Assembly: GCA_029262055.1 (NCBI GenBank)
Contig: JAJDAD010000036.1
Coordinates: forward strand, 26,772-90,771
Reading direction: 5' to 3'
Length of the DNA: 64,000 nt
Source: Candidatus Zhuqueibacterota bacterium
GTDB lineage: Bacteria > Zhuqueibacterota > Zhuqueibacteria > Oceanimicrobiales > Oceanimicrobiaceae
Shown piece by piece: positions 30,136-38,951 of the stretch (its first letter is position 1; each line of letters starts with the position of its first letter). A program made the translations under genes and the position numbers. The notes beneath the pieces are model-generated. The model saw only the letters and a list, made by a program, of their open reading frames with translations. It was not told the origin of the DNA and ran no database searches.

Positions 30136-31409
30136 GGAATCGGGTCGTTATCACCGGTATGGGAATCGTCGCTCCTAATGGCCACGGTCTGGAGGCGTTC
30201 GAGTCGGCCCTGCGTGCCGGCAAGTCAGGCATTCGGCTCCAGCCGGAACTGGAGGAGCTCAAGTTCGGTTGTCATGTGGCCGGCGTTCCCGAAAATATTG
30301 ATGAGCTCAGCGAAAAGTATTTCACGGAGGAACAGCTTTTTGCGATGAACATGAGCATTCGTTTTGCCTGCATCGCAGCGACGGATGCGTGGACGGACGC
30401 CGGTTTTGCTATGCCCGCGGTCGATTCGGATGACGTCGATTGGGACACAGGCGCTATCGTCGGAACGGGCATCGGCGGCATGGACCTTATCGGCAAGAAA
30501 CTGGTACCCTTCACAAATGAAAAACGTGTGCGCCGACTCGGCAGCACCATGGTCGAGCAAATCATGGCGAGCGGCATCTCCGCAAAAGTTGGCGGTTTGC
30601 TTGCTTTGGGGAATCAAGTCACAACCAACAGCAGCGCCTGCAGTACGGGCGCCGAAGCGGTAATCGATGCCATGTTTCGTATCCGCAGCGGTCAGGCCAA
30701 GCGCATGCTGGCGGGCGGAACCGAGGAAGCTTCGGTTTATATTTGGGCTGGGTTCGATTCCATGCGCGTTCTTAACCGCAATCACAACCATGAACCTGAA
30801 AGAGCGTCGCGTCCGATGAGCGCCACCGCTGCCGGTTTTATTCCGGGATCAGGTGCGGGCCTGCTCATGCTGGAGGATCTGGAGAGCGCGCAGGAACGGG
30901 GTGCGCGTATTTATGCGGAAGTTATCGGCGGAGCAGTCAATTGTGGCGGGCACCGTATGGGGGGCAGTATCACCGCGCCTAACCCAACCGGCGTGCAACG
31001 CTGTATTCGCCAGGCTTTAGGCGACGCCGATATCGCCGGCACGGAAATCGACGCCATCAATGGCCATCTGACGGCGACCTTTGCCGATCCGCACGAAATC
31101 CGCAATTGGGCTACCGCCCTGGATATTGCGCCGGACAAATTGCCGTTGGTGAACTCCACAAAATCTCTGATCGGACATGGTCTCGGCGCTGCCGGTGGAT
31201 TAGAATCCGTGGCCAGTGTCCTGCAGGTCCATAAGGGATTTGTACACGGGTCGGTGAATTGTGAGGATTTGCATGAGTCGCTGGAACCATTTGCCGGCAG
31301 TATCGTTCAGGAGACTCGTGAGTTCGCGGATTTGAAGGTGCTGGCCAAAGCCAGTTTTGGTTTCGGGGACGTAAACGCATGCGTGTTGTTCAAGAAATGG
31401 GAGGATTAG
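30132..31409 (+). CDS. Beta-ketoacyl-ACP synthase (FabF/FabB type)
   Basis: RVVITGMG, SACSTG, INGHLT, KSLIGH, SFGFG. Confidence 0.92.
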   Translation: MRNRVVITGMGIVAPNGHGLEAFESALRAGKSGIRLQPELEELKFGCHVAGVPENIDELSEKYFTEEQLFAMNMSIRFACIAATDAWTDAGFAMPAVDSDDVDWDTGAIVGTGIGGMDLIGKKLVPFTNEKRVRRLGSTMVEQIMASGISAKVGGLLALGNQVTTNSSACSTGAEAVIDAMFRIRSGQAKRMLAGGTEEASVYIWAGFDSMRVLNRNHNHEPERASRPMSATAAGFIPGSGAGLLMLEDLESAQERGARIYAEVIGGAVNCGGHRMGGSITAPNPTGVQRCIRQALGDADIAGTEIDAINGHLTATFADPHEIRNWATALDIAPDKLPLVNSTKSLIGHGLGAAGGLESVASVLQVHKGFVHGSVNCEDLHESLEPFAGSIVQETREFADLKVLAKASFGFGDVNACVLFKKWED

Positions 31410-31489
31410 ACCGGGGAGATCATCCTCACCGCAATTTGCGACCATGGATTTCGAAAGAAGAATTGAATTTAAAATAATGGAGGCCGAAA

Positions 31490-31735
31490 ATGTCAAAAGA
31501 TGAAGTACTCAAAAAAGTAATTGATATTTTGTCAAAATACAGTAAAACAGATATATCCGCTGAGTCCATCTCGATGGAGACCTCAATCCTGGATGACCTG
31601 AAGATCAACTCGGCGCGGCTTGTCGATATCGTCCTGGATTTCGAAGATGCGTTCGATATCGAGGTTGAAGACGATGATGCCGATAAGGTCAACACAGTCG
31701 GCGACGGAGTAGAACTGATTATGGCGAAAATCTAA
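31490..31735 (+). CDS. Acyl carrier protein
   Basis: DDLKINSARLVD (Ppant Ser), EDAFDIE..TVGD; GGAGG RBS. Confidence 0.92.
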   Translation: MSKDEVLKKVIDILSKYSKTDISAESISMETSILDDLKINSARLVDIVLDFEDAFDIEVEDDDADKVNTVGDGVELIMAKI

Positions 31736-31749
31736 CTCGGACAGGCATC

Positions 31750-32508
31750 ATGAAGAACACAGAACTCCGTTACAGAGAAATTCTCTCGCTCAAATTCCAA
31801 CGTTTTGTCGGCTGGTTTACCTTTCCGGTTTGGGGCGGCATGACCATTGCCGCGATGCGTTTCGGTGCAGGCTATCGGATTCAGCACCTGCGCCAGATCC
31901 GCAAGAAATACCGCGAGATTGTAAAAGAGAACTCGGGCCCCATTCTCCTATGCCCAAATCATCTTACCATGATTGATTCCGCCATCCTAAATTGGAGTCT
32001 TGTGTCTGTCTGGTCCTATCTAAAGTCAATCAAGGCATTTTCCTGGAACTTGCCTGAAAAAAACAACTTCTACAAGAATCCGCTATTGCGTTCAGTGTGC
32101 TACTTTGGCAGTTGCATTCCGATCGAGCGCGGCGGCAGCCGGGATTCCGTTAAGAAATCCCTGGAGAAAGTGATCTACCTGCTGCGCAAAGGGTACCCGG
32201 TCACAGTTTTTCCGGAAGGGAAACGCAGCCGGAGCGGCAGGGTTGATGCAGAGGGATATTCATATGGCGTTGGCCGTCTGGTCAACATGGTGAGCGACTG
32301 CAAAGTTCTGTGTGTCTATCTGCGCGGACATCGTCAAGACAAACACAGCGGCCTGCCCAGCCGCGGCTCGCGCTTTTATCTGGACATGAAGCTCATCGAA
32401 CCGGAGAGCATTTATTCCGGCCTGCGTGCCACCCGGGACGTTGCTTCCCAGATTATCGAAGAGCTGCAGGCCATGGAACAAGCCTATTTTGCTACTTGTC
32501 GGCAATGA
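31750..32508 (+). CDS. Lysophospholipid acyltransferase (PlsC family)
   Basis: NHLTMID (HX4D), IER, FPEGKRS. Confidence 0.88.
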   Translation: MKNTELRYREILSLKFQRFVGWFTFPVWGGMTIAAMRFGAGYRIQHLRQIRKKYREIVKENSGPILLCPNHLTMIDSAILNWSLVSVWSYLKSIKAFSWNLPEKNNFYKNPLLRSVCYFGSCIPIERGGSRDSVKKSLEKVIYLLRKGYPVTVFPEGKRSRSGRVDAEGYSYGVGRLVNMVSDCKVLCVYLRGHRQDKHSGLPSRGSRFYLDMKLIEPESIYSGLRATRDVASQIIEELQAMEQAYFATCRQ

Positions 32509-33187
32509 CATCGTCGACCTGCATGAGCCGGCTTGCCGTGACAAAGCCGGCGATGACCGCTTCATGCGACGTGTCTTTGCCGAACCAGAACAAACCCTGA
32601 TTCGGGAAGCGCCTGATCCAACACAGGCGCTTTGGTGTCTCTGGGCCGCTAAAGAAACCGCCTACAAAATCATTTCCAAAATCACCGGTCCTCCCGTCTT
32701 TTCGCACCGAAAATTTGTTGTTGCCCCCACAGAACCGGGGGATTCAATGCAGGACGATTCTGAGCTGGTCGTTGTTTTCTCCGATACGAAGATTCAAATT
32801 CAGACGAGCACGCCCGGTCCATACGTCCACGCTACCGGCGCCTGGCAGGATGACAGGAGCGACCCGGACTGTAAACGAATCAGTGAAATCATGAAGGTTG
32901 GCCCTGATGACCTTGACCTGGTCCGGCATCTGGCGTTTTCGGATGAGGAGCGCCGCTCCATACGTACACCGGAATCAGCTCTTATTCGCCACTTCTGTAA
33001 GCAGAGCATCGCACAGGTGCTGCCGGTGGCTCCGGAACGCATGCAGATCGTGCGGCCGACTGAGAGCGGTAAGATGCACCCCCCGTTTGTCGTTTTGGAC
33101 AACGAGCGAACGGACAAGATCGATGTCAGTTTTTCGCATCACGGACAGTGGTTGGCGTGGGTGGTAGCGATCTCGCCCGGAAACTGA
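32489..33187 (+). CDS. 4'-phosphopantetheinyl transferase
   Basis: VGNDIVD, WAAKETAYK, SFSHHG; start estimated at TTG 32489. Confidence 0.85.
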   Translation: MLLVGNDIVDLHEPACRDKAGDDRFMRRVFAEPEQTLIREAPDPTQALWCLWAAKETAYKIISKITGPPVFSHRKFVVAPTEPGDSMQDDSELVVVFSDTKIQIQTSTPGPYVHATGAWQDDRSDPDCKRISEIMKVGPDDLDLVRHLAFSDEERRSIRTPESALIRHFCKQSIAQVLPVAPERMQIVRPTESGKMHPPFVVLDNERTDKIDVSFSHHGQWLAWVVAISPGN

Positions 33188-33230
33188 TCCAGGAGTCTGT
33201 CCCTCAATTTCCCTCTTACAAATGCGACAA

Positions 33231-33272
33231 TAGGAGTTTGCCTAGTTCCGAATAAGCCATTGGCTTATTCGG
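33231..33272. promoter_or_regulatory. Tandem palindromes, possible regulator-binding sites
   Basis: TAGG-N6-CCTA (33231-33244) and perfect CCGAATAAGCCA-T-TGGCTTATTCGG (33248-33272). Confidence 0.4.
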
Positions 33273-33360
33273 GCACACCAAAACCCCTATTTCTTTTCAC
33301 ATTAAATCTCTTTAATATTTCACAGCATTGATGTGATTGTGCATGGGGCGCGAGACGCTT

Positions 33361-33417
33361 TAGATGGGGGATTCAGGTGTGACCGAGTTGGTGGGGGTGA
33401 ATCCCCCTCTATTTTTT
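33361..33417 (+). terminator. Hairpin + T tract (terminator-like)
   Basis: TAGA-T-GGGGGATTCA pairs with TGAATCCCCCTCTA, then TTTTTT. Confidence 0.55.
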
Positions 33418-33554
33418 CGGCAGGAAGACACAGCAGGCTGTGCTTCGAATATGTCCTGCATTTGTTAGTAAAAGGTTGAATCCCGTCCAAGTATTCTTAA
33501 CTTTTAGAGACTACTAATCGTTAAGCCGACCGTGCCATCCCGGGAGCTCCCCCT

Positions 33555-34370
33555 TTGTTTGGACCTGATTCAGCCAAATTCATTACCGCGATCACCTTTG
33601 CCGCTTCTTCGGTACTGCTGGTTATCGTGGCTTATACCGTTCATATTCTAATTTCTAATCGGCGCCTGAACCTCGCTCACAAAAAACTTCAGGCCTTGAC
33701 TGCAAGGCTTTCCTCCGCTGAAGAAAGCGAACGAAAACGCATCGCGGAGGAGTTGCACGACCGAATCGGAGAGACGCTCGTTGTTACCTCGCGTTCTATC
33801 GAAGAGCTGAAGGGTAAAATGGCTTCTGAGGAGGCGGGCAGGGATTTGGACCAGCTCGGCAAAACCATTCAGAAATTTCTTAAGGGTACCCGTTCTCTTA
33901 TTTTTGATTTGATCCCACCCGCGCTCTACGACATAGGCCTGGAAGCCGCGGTTGAGTCATTTGTCGCACGCAGTAAGAAACGCTACCAGATCGATCTTAG
34001 AATGATAGATGACGGGAAAGAGAAACCGCTTGCCACTGATGCCGCCGCATTTCTCTACAAAGCCATTCGTGAGTTGGTGTTAAATGTGGTAAAGCACTCC
34101 AACGCTCATCAGGCCACAATCACTCTGATGAGGCAAGGCGGTGACTACAAAGTCGTAGTAGAGGACAATGGTGTTGGCTTCAGCCAGAACGGAGCAGGCC
34201 ATTCGGATGCCGGTTCCAGCGGCTTCGGGCTATTCAATATCCAGGTTCAGGCTGAATACTATGGAGGTTCTGTGCAAATAGATTCTGCGCTACCCGCGGG
34301 TGGGCGTGTCACCATGTCTGTGCCACTCAAGCCAAATAGAAAGAATGAAGATTCGCGTCCTGGTCGTTGA
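33555..34370 (+). CDS. HisKA_3 sensor histidine kinase with one N-terminal TM and no sensor domain
   Basis: ERKRIAEELHD, ELVLNVVKHS, EDNGVGF, GFGL. Confidence 0.9.
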   Translation: MFGPDSAKFITAITFAASSVLLVIVAYTVHILISNRRLNLAHKKLQALTARLSSAEESERKRIAEELHDRIGETLVVTSRSIEELKGKMASEEAGRDLDQLGKTIQKFLKGTRSLIFDLIPPALYDIGLEAAVESFVARSKKRYQIDLRMIDDGKEKPLATDAAAFLYKAIRELVLNVVKHSNAHQATITLMRQGGDYKVVVEDNGVGFSQNGAGHSDAGSSGFGLFNIQVQAEYYGGSVQIDSALPAGGRVTMSVPLKPNRKNEDSRPGR

Positions 34371-35001
34371 AGACCATACCATCATCCGGTCCAGTCTGCG
34401 CGCCCTTATCGAACGCCAACAGGACATTGAAGTTGCGGGTGAAACCGGCGATGGCCGCGAGGCCGTAGACTTAGCCCGGAAGCTGGCCCCGGACATTGTA
34501 CTGATGGACGTGTCGCTGCGCGGTTCCGGCTTAACCGGCATCCAGGCGACGCAGGAGATAACAAACCTCAAGACCGGCGCCAAAGTGATTGCCTTGTCAG
34601 TGATCGAGGAGTTGAGTCATGTCAAGCGCATGCTTGCGGCCGGCGCATCCGGTTATCTGTTCAAAGGTTGTACCGAAGCTGAACTCATTGCCGCCATTCA
34701 CGCAGCCACAAACGGTCAGACTTTCTTTAGTGAAGACGCTACGCGGGTAATACAAGAGGACTACGTAGCCATCGTCCAAAACCCAGAGTCCGCACCCAGC
34801 AATCTCTCGCCACGTGAACTGGAAATTCTGAAGTGCCTGGTTGCCGGCCATCCTGCCAAGTACATTGCTGGCGAGTTGGAAATTTCCCGCAAGACCGTGG
34901 ATGCGCACAAGCGCAAAATCATGGAGAAACTAAACATCTGGAGCATCGCTGAGTTGACCCGCTATGCGTTGCGTGAAGGGATTATTTTGGAAGACGAGTA
35001 G
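34345..35001 (+). CDS. NarL/FixJ-family response regulator
   Basis: VVEDH, PDIVLMD, GYLFK, LSPRELEIL..KTVDAHK HTH; start ATG 34345 overlaps the kinase. Confidence 0.95.
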   Translation: MKIRVLVVEDHTIIRSSLRALIERQQDIEVAGETGDGREAVDLARKLAPDIVLMDVSLRGSGLTGIQATQEITNLKTGAKVIALSVIEELSHVKRMLAAGASGYLFKGCTEAELIAAIHAATNGQTFFSEDATRVIQEDYVAIVQNPESAPSNLSPRELEILKCLVAGHPAKYIAGELEISRKTVDAHKRKIMEKLNIWSIAELTRYALREGIILEDE

Positions 35002-35008
35002 TGTGCCG

Positions 35009-35713
35009 TTACTGCATGGAACGAATTTTTTCTGAGTAAGACCCCTCCTCCGGTCGTTCAGGTGACCGGGAACCAAATGCGACAATCACCCCGATGGTAA
35101 ACAAGATGTTGTGCAGGATGTTCAGGATGGCCCGCGCATGAAATATATGCAAGAGGACATCATGGTTCGCAGTATACAGAAAAGCATCCAGCATGACCGA
35201 GCTACTGTAGTAACCTGCCAGCGAGATCAGGATCCAGAACCGGAAGTTTCTGCTCAGCTTTTCCGAGTCGTGAAGCCAGGTCTGACTCAACGTATACCAA
35301 CTGAACCCCGAAATCAGCAACAGCGCGATCGGCCTGGTTAAGTAATTTATTGTTGTCGCTTCGAAGGGTTCAATGCCAGTGACCCTGGCCAGCAAATAGA
35401 GACACAGGTAAGCCGGAATGCTTGCTCTGATGGCTTTGCGGATTGCAGGGCTTTCCTGCCAGGCAGACAGGGCATGCGCCAGTAGACCATATTCAATCGC
35501 AGTATATATATGAACGATCCACGCACTGGGTTTGTGAAGAAGATTGTGGGTCAGGATAATTATCTCAGTGGCTGCTGCGAGCAAGAAAAACAGCCATAAC
35601 GCCGCAGGAAAGAAGCTTCTCCTTCTACGCCACCAAAGCGCCTGCCAGACCACAAACGGTAAGAGTGTGGAGATGATTGAGGCAGTGATGAGGCCGGGGA
35701 GGTTGGAGAACAT
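35009..35713 (-). CDS. Multi-pass (about 6-7 TM) membrane protein of unknown function
   Basis: Hydrophobic helices; motifs HIYTAIEYGLL and FWILISLAGYYSSS; likely start ATG 35713. Confidence 0.8.
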   Translation of the reverse strand: MFSNLPGLITASIISTLLPFVVWQALWWRRRRSFFPAALWLFFLLAAATEIIILTHNLLHKPSAWIVHIYTAIEYGLLAHALSAWQESPAIRKAIRASIPAYLCLYLLARVTGIEPFEATTINYLTRPIALLLISGFSWYTLSQTWLHDSEKLSRNFRFWILISLAGYYSSSVMLDAFLYTANHDVLLHIFHARAILNILHNILFTIGVIVAFGSRSPERPEEGSYSEKIRSMQ

Positions 35714-35883
35714 AGTCAGTTGCTGTTTGTGCCGTGCTTGTGGGTCTGTGAAGGGTATCCTATCCAGGATAGGGTCGTAATATTTTGCGGTTAATTCAAG
35801 CAAAAAAGTGGATGGACTATTTGGCAAGGATTTGATCTGCAGCAGAGCAGAATTGCCCAATGGAGGTGTAAGAGCAAGACTTG

Positions 35884-35916
35884 AACTCTGACAGGGCTGA
35901 AAACCCTGTCAGAGTT
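35884..35916 (-). terminator. 13-bp hairpin after the CPPFC-protein gene
   Basis: AACTCTGACAGGG-7nt-CCCTGTCAGAGTT, 10 nt after the stop at 35927. Confidence 0.6.
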
Positions 35917-35926
35917 TACTTTTCAC

Positions 35927-36616
35927 CTAAGCGGCTATGGCATATGCCGGCTCAAAGTCGGCATCGACGGAACCCGCGGATGCGTTTAGACCCGTATTCA
36001 AAATGTCATCATAGCCGCAAAAAGGCGGACAAAGCGCAGAAAACTCCATAACATGGCCAAAAAACATATCCGCGCCAAATTTGTCAACACCAACCAGAAC
36101 TATCACCGGTGTGGCATCTTCATTAGCGCCGAAAAGGAACCGGATGCCGACACAGTCCTGTTGCGCCAGGATCTGCTGAAAGGCCTGCTTGCCAAAGAAG
36201 CCGCCCTTGGGCTGTTCCGGTTGCTGAAACTGCCGGTAGCGGGCAGTCAGGCGGGCCGCGTCTTCCAGCGCGATTCCGTGCTCGATTTGGGTGCCGTCGT
36301 AATCGCCGTCCGCGGTGAACGCCGGCTTGAATGCGGAACGTTTCACCGGCTCACCATTGAGGATGTCTTGTCGTTCGGCGTTCGTTCCCACCAGCACCAG
36401 CACCTTGCGTTCATCTTCCGTGAGGCCATAATAGTAGCGTAATCCGACCGCATCGGGTTGGTCCAGCAAGGCCTGGATAACCTGCCCGTCAAAATATCCG
36501 GCAGCGGTTTTGTACGGGTTGGGGTTCGCCCGGTATTTCCGGACAAAGTCAATTGCCTCGGCATAGGTAACCGAGTGGTTTTCGTTTCCGGTGAATTGCT
36601 TCCGGGTGATCTTCAT
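35927..36616 (-). CDS. Hypothetical protein with a tandem-duplicated ~100-aa domain and a CPPFC motif
   Basis: AAGGAG RBS, ATG 36616; repeats GYFDGQVIQALLDQPDAVGLRYYYG..LVLVG and GFFGKQAFQQILAQQDCVGIRFLFG..IVLVG. Confidence 0.85.
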   Translation of the reverse strand: MKITRKQFTGNENHSVTYAEAIDFVRKYRANPNPYKTAAGYFDGQVIQALLDQPDAVGLRYYYGLTEDERKVLVLVGTNAERQDILNGEPVKRSAFKPAFTADGDYDGTQIEHGIALEDAARLTARYRQFQQPEQPKGGFFGKQAFQQILAQQDCVGIRFLFGANEDATPVIVLVGVDKFGADMFFGHVMEFSALCPPFCGYDDILNTGLNASAGSVDADFEPAYAIAA

Positions 36617-36914
36617 GGGATTGCTCCTTTTAGAGTGTAGGTTGATAGGGACTGCATTACAGATGCAATACACAGTGGCGGCTATGGTCACGACCAACAG
36701 TGCAGACGGCGATAAGCTGCTGTTTTTTTACAATGGCGAGATCGACTTTGGCTATGGTTTCAGCAAATCGGGCACGTCGTACGGGAGTTGCCAGTGGTCC
36801 GGGCCGCATTAGGAATGCAGGAAACGGCGGGGTAGAGTGGTTTCTTTTCTTTTTTGTCAGATGCAAGCACCCGGGAAAGCATTATATGGTAGTTAGCGTT
36901 TCAAGGAGTCACTG

Positions 36915-37928
36915 ATGGCCTGTTTTCCAGAAGAAAAGCTGTTTCACGGTTGGCAACAACAAGATGAGGTTGCCCGCAGAACTATTTGGGCCCGTCTTTG
37001 GGAGCTAAAGACCCCAATCGGGTACCATTTCTGCTTGCCTGCTTTTCTCGGATATCGGGACGGAGGTGAGTCAGCCAGGGATGTTGCACACGAAGCCTTT
37101 TATGCAGCGTGGGAAAAAATAGACTTGGCGGTTCAATCCGGCCAGTGCGAATGGCAAGGCTGCCCCGAGTTTAATGCCTATTTCAAGAAAATATACATTC
37201 GTACCCTCATTGCCGGCATCAAAGCAAAGCAGCGGCACTTCAGAACGGAAATTTCCTTTGAGGATGATCTGAGCGCGGCATTTTTGTCCCAGCGCGATCA
37301 GGGAATCAAGCGAGTTGAAACGAAGCTTGCAATCGGGAATCTTGTCTTTCACTATTCGTACACCGCTGAGAGGTTGCGTAAAAGTGGAGATAATAATCTA
37401 GCTGAGGTGGCTCAAGCCATCGTCACATTCATAAAACACGAGGTTGCAAACCTCACTATTGAGTCTGAGCGGATTGATGGGACCAGCTCGCCGGTGGAGA
37501 TAATCCGCGACCGCGCGATCGGAGAATTGCTGGACGAGATCATACATGACAGCCAGGTAGATCTCGGGAAACAAATTTGTCCTGAATCCTTCCCGGTCTT
37601 TCTGATGAGAGAGCTTTGCGGATTTGCACTAGCCGACGAACTGCGCAGCAAGTACTGCCATGTCCTGGGTATAAGCTTTACTGTGCGGGAGCTAAACGGG
37701 AGACGAAGACGAATAACGCAAAGGGAGCTTATGAACGCCCACAAAACCCAAAAGAGGGTATCACCTCGAGTGGAGCAAGTTGACGAAGCTTACGAGAAGC
37801 TCAGCGCTTACTTACGCTGCCGTAACTTGGTCGACAAACGGTGGAGCCGGTTTAAGCAGGCTGTAGATCGGATTGATCCCTCTCGCCTTAATCACCAGCA
37901 TATGGTTTTGCCAGGCAAGAGATTATGA
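36915..37928 (+). CDS. Divergent ECF-sigma-like protein
   Basis: AAGGAG RBS; sigma2-like ARDVAHEAFYAAWEK..FNAYFKKI; atypical long C-terminal half. Confidence 0.5.
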   Translation: MACFPEEKLFHGWQQQDEVARRTIWARLWELKTPIGYHFCLPAFLGYRDGGESARDVAHEAFYAAWEKIDLAVQSGQCEWQGCPEFNAYFKKIYIRTLIAGIKAKQRHFRTEISFEDDLSAAFLSQRDQGIKRVETKLAIGNLVFHYSYTAERLRKSGDNNLAEVAQAIVTFIKHEVANLTIESERIDGTSSPVEIIRDRAIGELLDEIIHDSQVDLGKQICPESFPVFLMRELCGFALADELRSKYCHVLGISFTVRELNGRRRRITQRELMNAHKTQKRVSPRVEQVDEAYEKLSAYLRCRNLVDKRWSRFKQAVDRIDPSRLNHQHMVLPGKRL

Positions 37929-38524
37929 AAATACGCTCTGTTAAGCCGCTCGACTGTCCGTCAGTCAAAACAATTCTAAGAGAGTTTCTCTTAACAGAAA
38001 TAAACCTGCAGCAACAGGGCCACATTCAAAAAAAGCGACACCAACCAACGCTGCGCAGACATTTGTTTGAGTGCGATGTCTGTGCAGCCGCCTACTTTGA
38101 CCTGGTTGAGTCTTCGCTGGCAACCGGAGTACTGCATGATGTCTCAACTCCGGCACCGCCCGTGCCGATGGCTCCCACCTTTGATGCGGCGGATTTGTAC
38201 AGTCTGGCGGCGGAATCTCTCCGGTCAAACACGGAGCCCATGCCATTCCGGTATCTCGCTGACGAAAAGTTCGTTCAGATTGAAAGGGATGAATACATCA
38301 TCACTCTATGGGAGGGTGAAGAAGGGGATGTGACACTGATAGGTCTCAAGATAAAGTCCGGGTTTGAGCCCAGCTATGAGGGGCGGACAGTCGTGTTAGC
38401 GGATGCGAACAACGAGGTGCTTCTGGAGGGGGAAATCTACTCGGGGGAAATATCTGAACAAGTAGTGACAAAGATAGCCGGGATTAAATCCCCGTTGTGT
38501 ATTGCATTGTCCGGATCTCATTGA
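37925..38524 (+). CDS. Zinc-finger anti-sigma-like protein
   Basis: C..HLFECDVC (HxxxCxxC); ATGA overlap with upstream gene. Confidence 0.6.
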   Translation: MKIRSVKPLDCPSVKTILREFLLTEINLQQQGHIQKKRHQPTLRRHLFECDVCAAAYFDLVESSLATGVLHDVSTPAPPVPMAPTFDAADLYSLAAESLRSNTEPMPFRYLADEKFVQIERDEYIITLWEGEEGDVTLIGLKIKSGFEPSYEGRTVVLADANNEVLLEGEIYSGEISEQVVTKIAGIKSPLCIALSGSH

Positions 38525-38621
38525 GGGAGCAGCAGTGAGTTCGGTTTCTGTGGGGCACAATACACCCAAAAAGGTCAAGCATGCAAAATTGACTTTCGAG
38601 CCAACATTCAGGTTCTACTGT

Positions 38622-38657
38622 AAAAAAACAAGGCCTGAATCTGACGATTCGGGCCTC
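38622..38657 (-). terminator. Terminator-like hairpin, copy 1 of a 36-nt direct repeat
   Basis: Minus strand GAGGCCCGAATCGTCAGATTCAGGCCTTGTTTTTTT. Confidence 0.7.
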
Positions 38658-38852
38658 GTCTTGTTTCAATCCCGCCTTGTGAACTGACCTTCCTCAAGAC
38701 GAAATTTTCTGCTTTATCGATAATTTGGCAAGTCGTGTTGCCAAAGTGGGATAAGTGTCTGGATATCCCCACACGACAGGGGAGGCTGGTTTACCCCGGA
38801 ATAGACGGTTTCGTCTGCTTACTGCTACCGGTTCAATTGGCGCGCACCCGAG

Positions 38853-38888
38853 AAAAAAACAAGGCCCGAATCTGACGATTCGGGCCTC
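38853..38888 (-). terminator. Terminator-like hairpin, copy 2; ends the upstream minus-strand operon
   Basis: Minus strand GAGGCCCGAATCGTCAGATTCGGGCCTTGTTTTTTT; 35/36 identical to copy 1. Confidence 0.75.
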
Positions 38889-38951
38889 TGGCTCAATTAG
38901 TGGGTGGGATAGAGGGAGGGTTCTATGAAAAATACGCTGGACAAGCCAACG

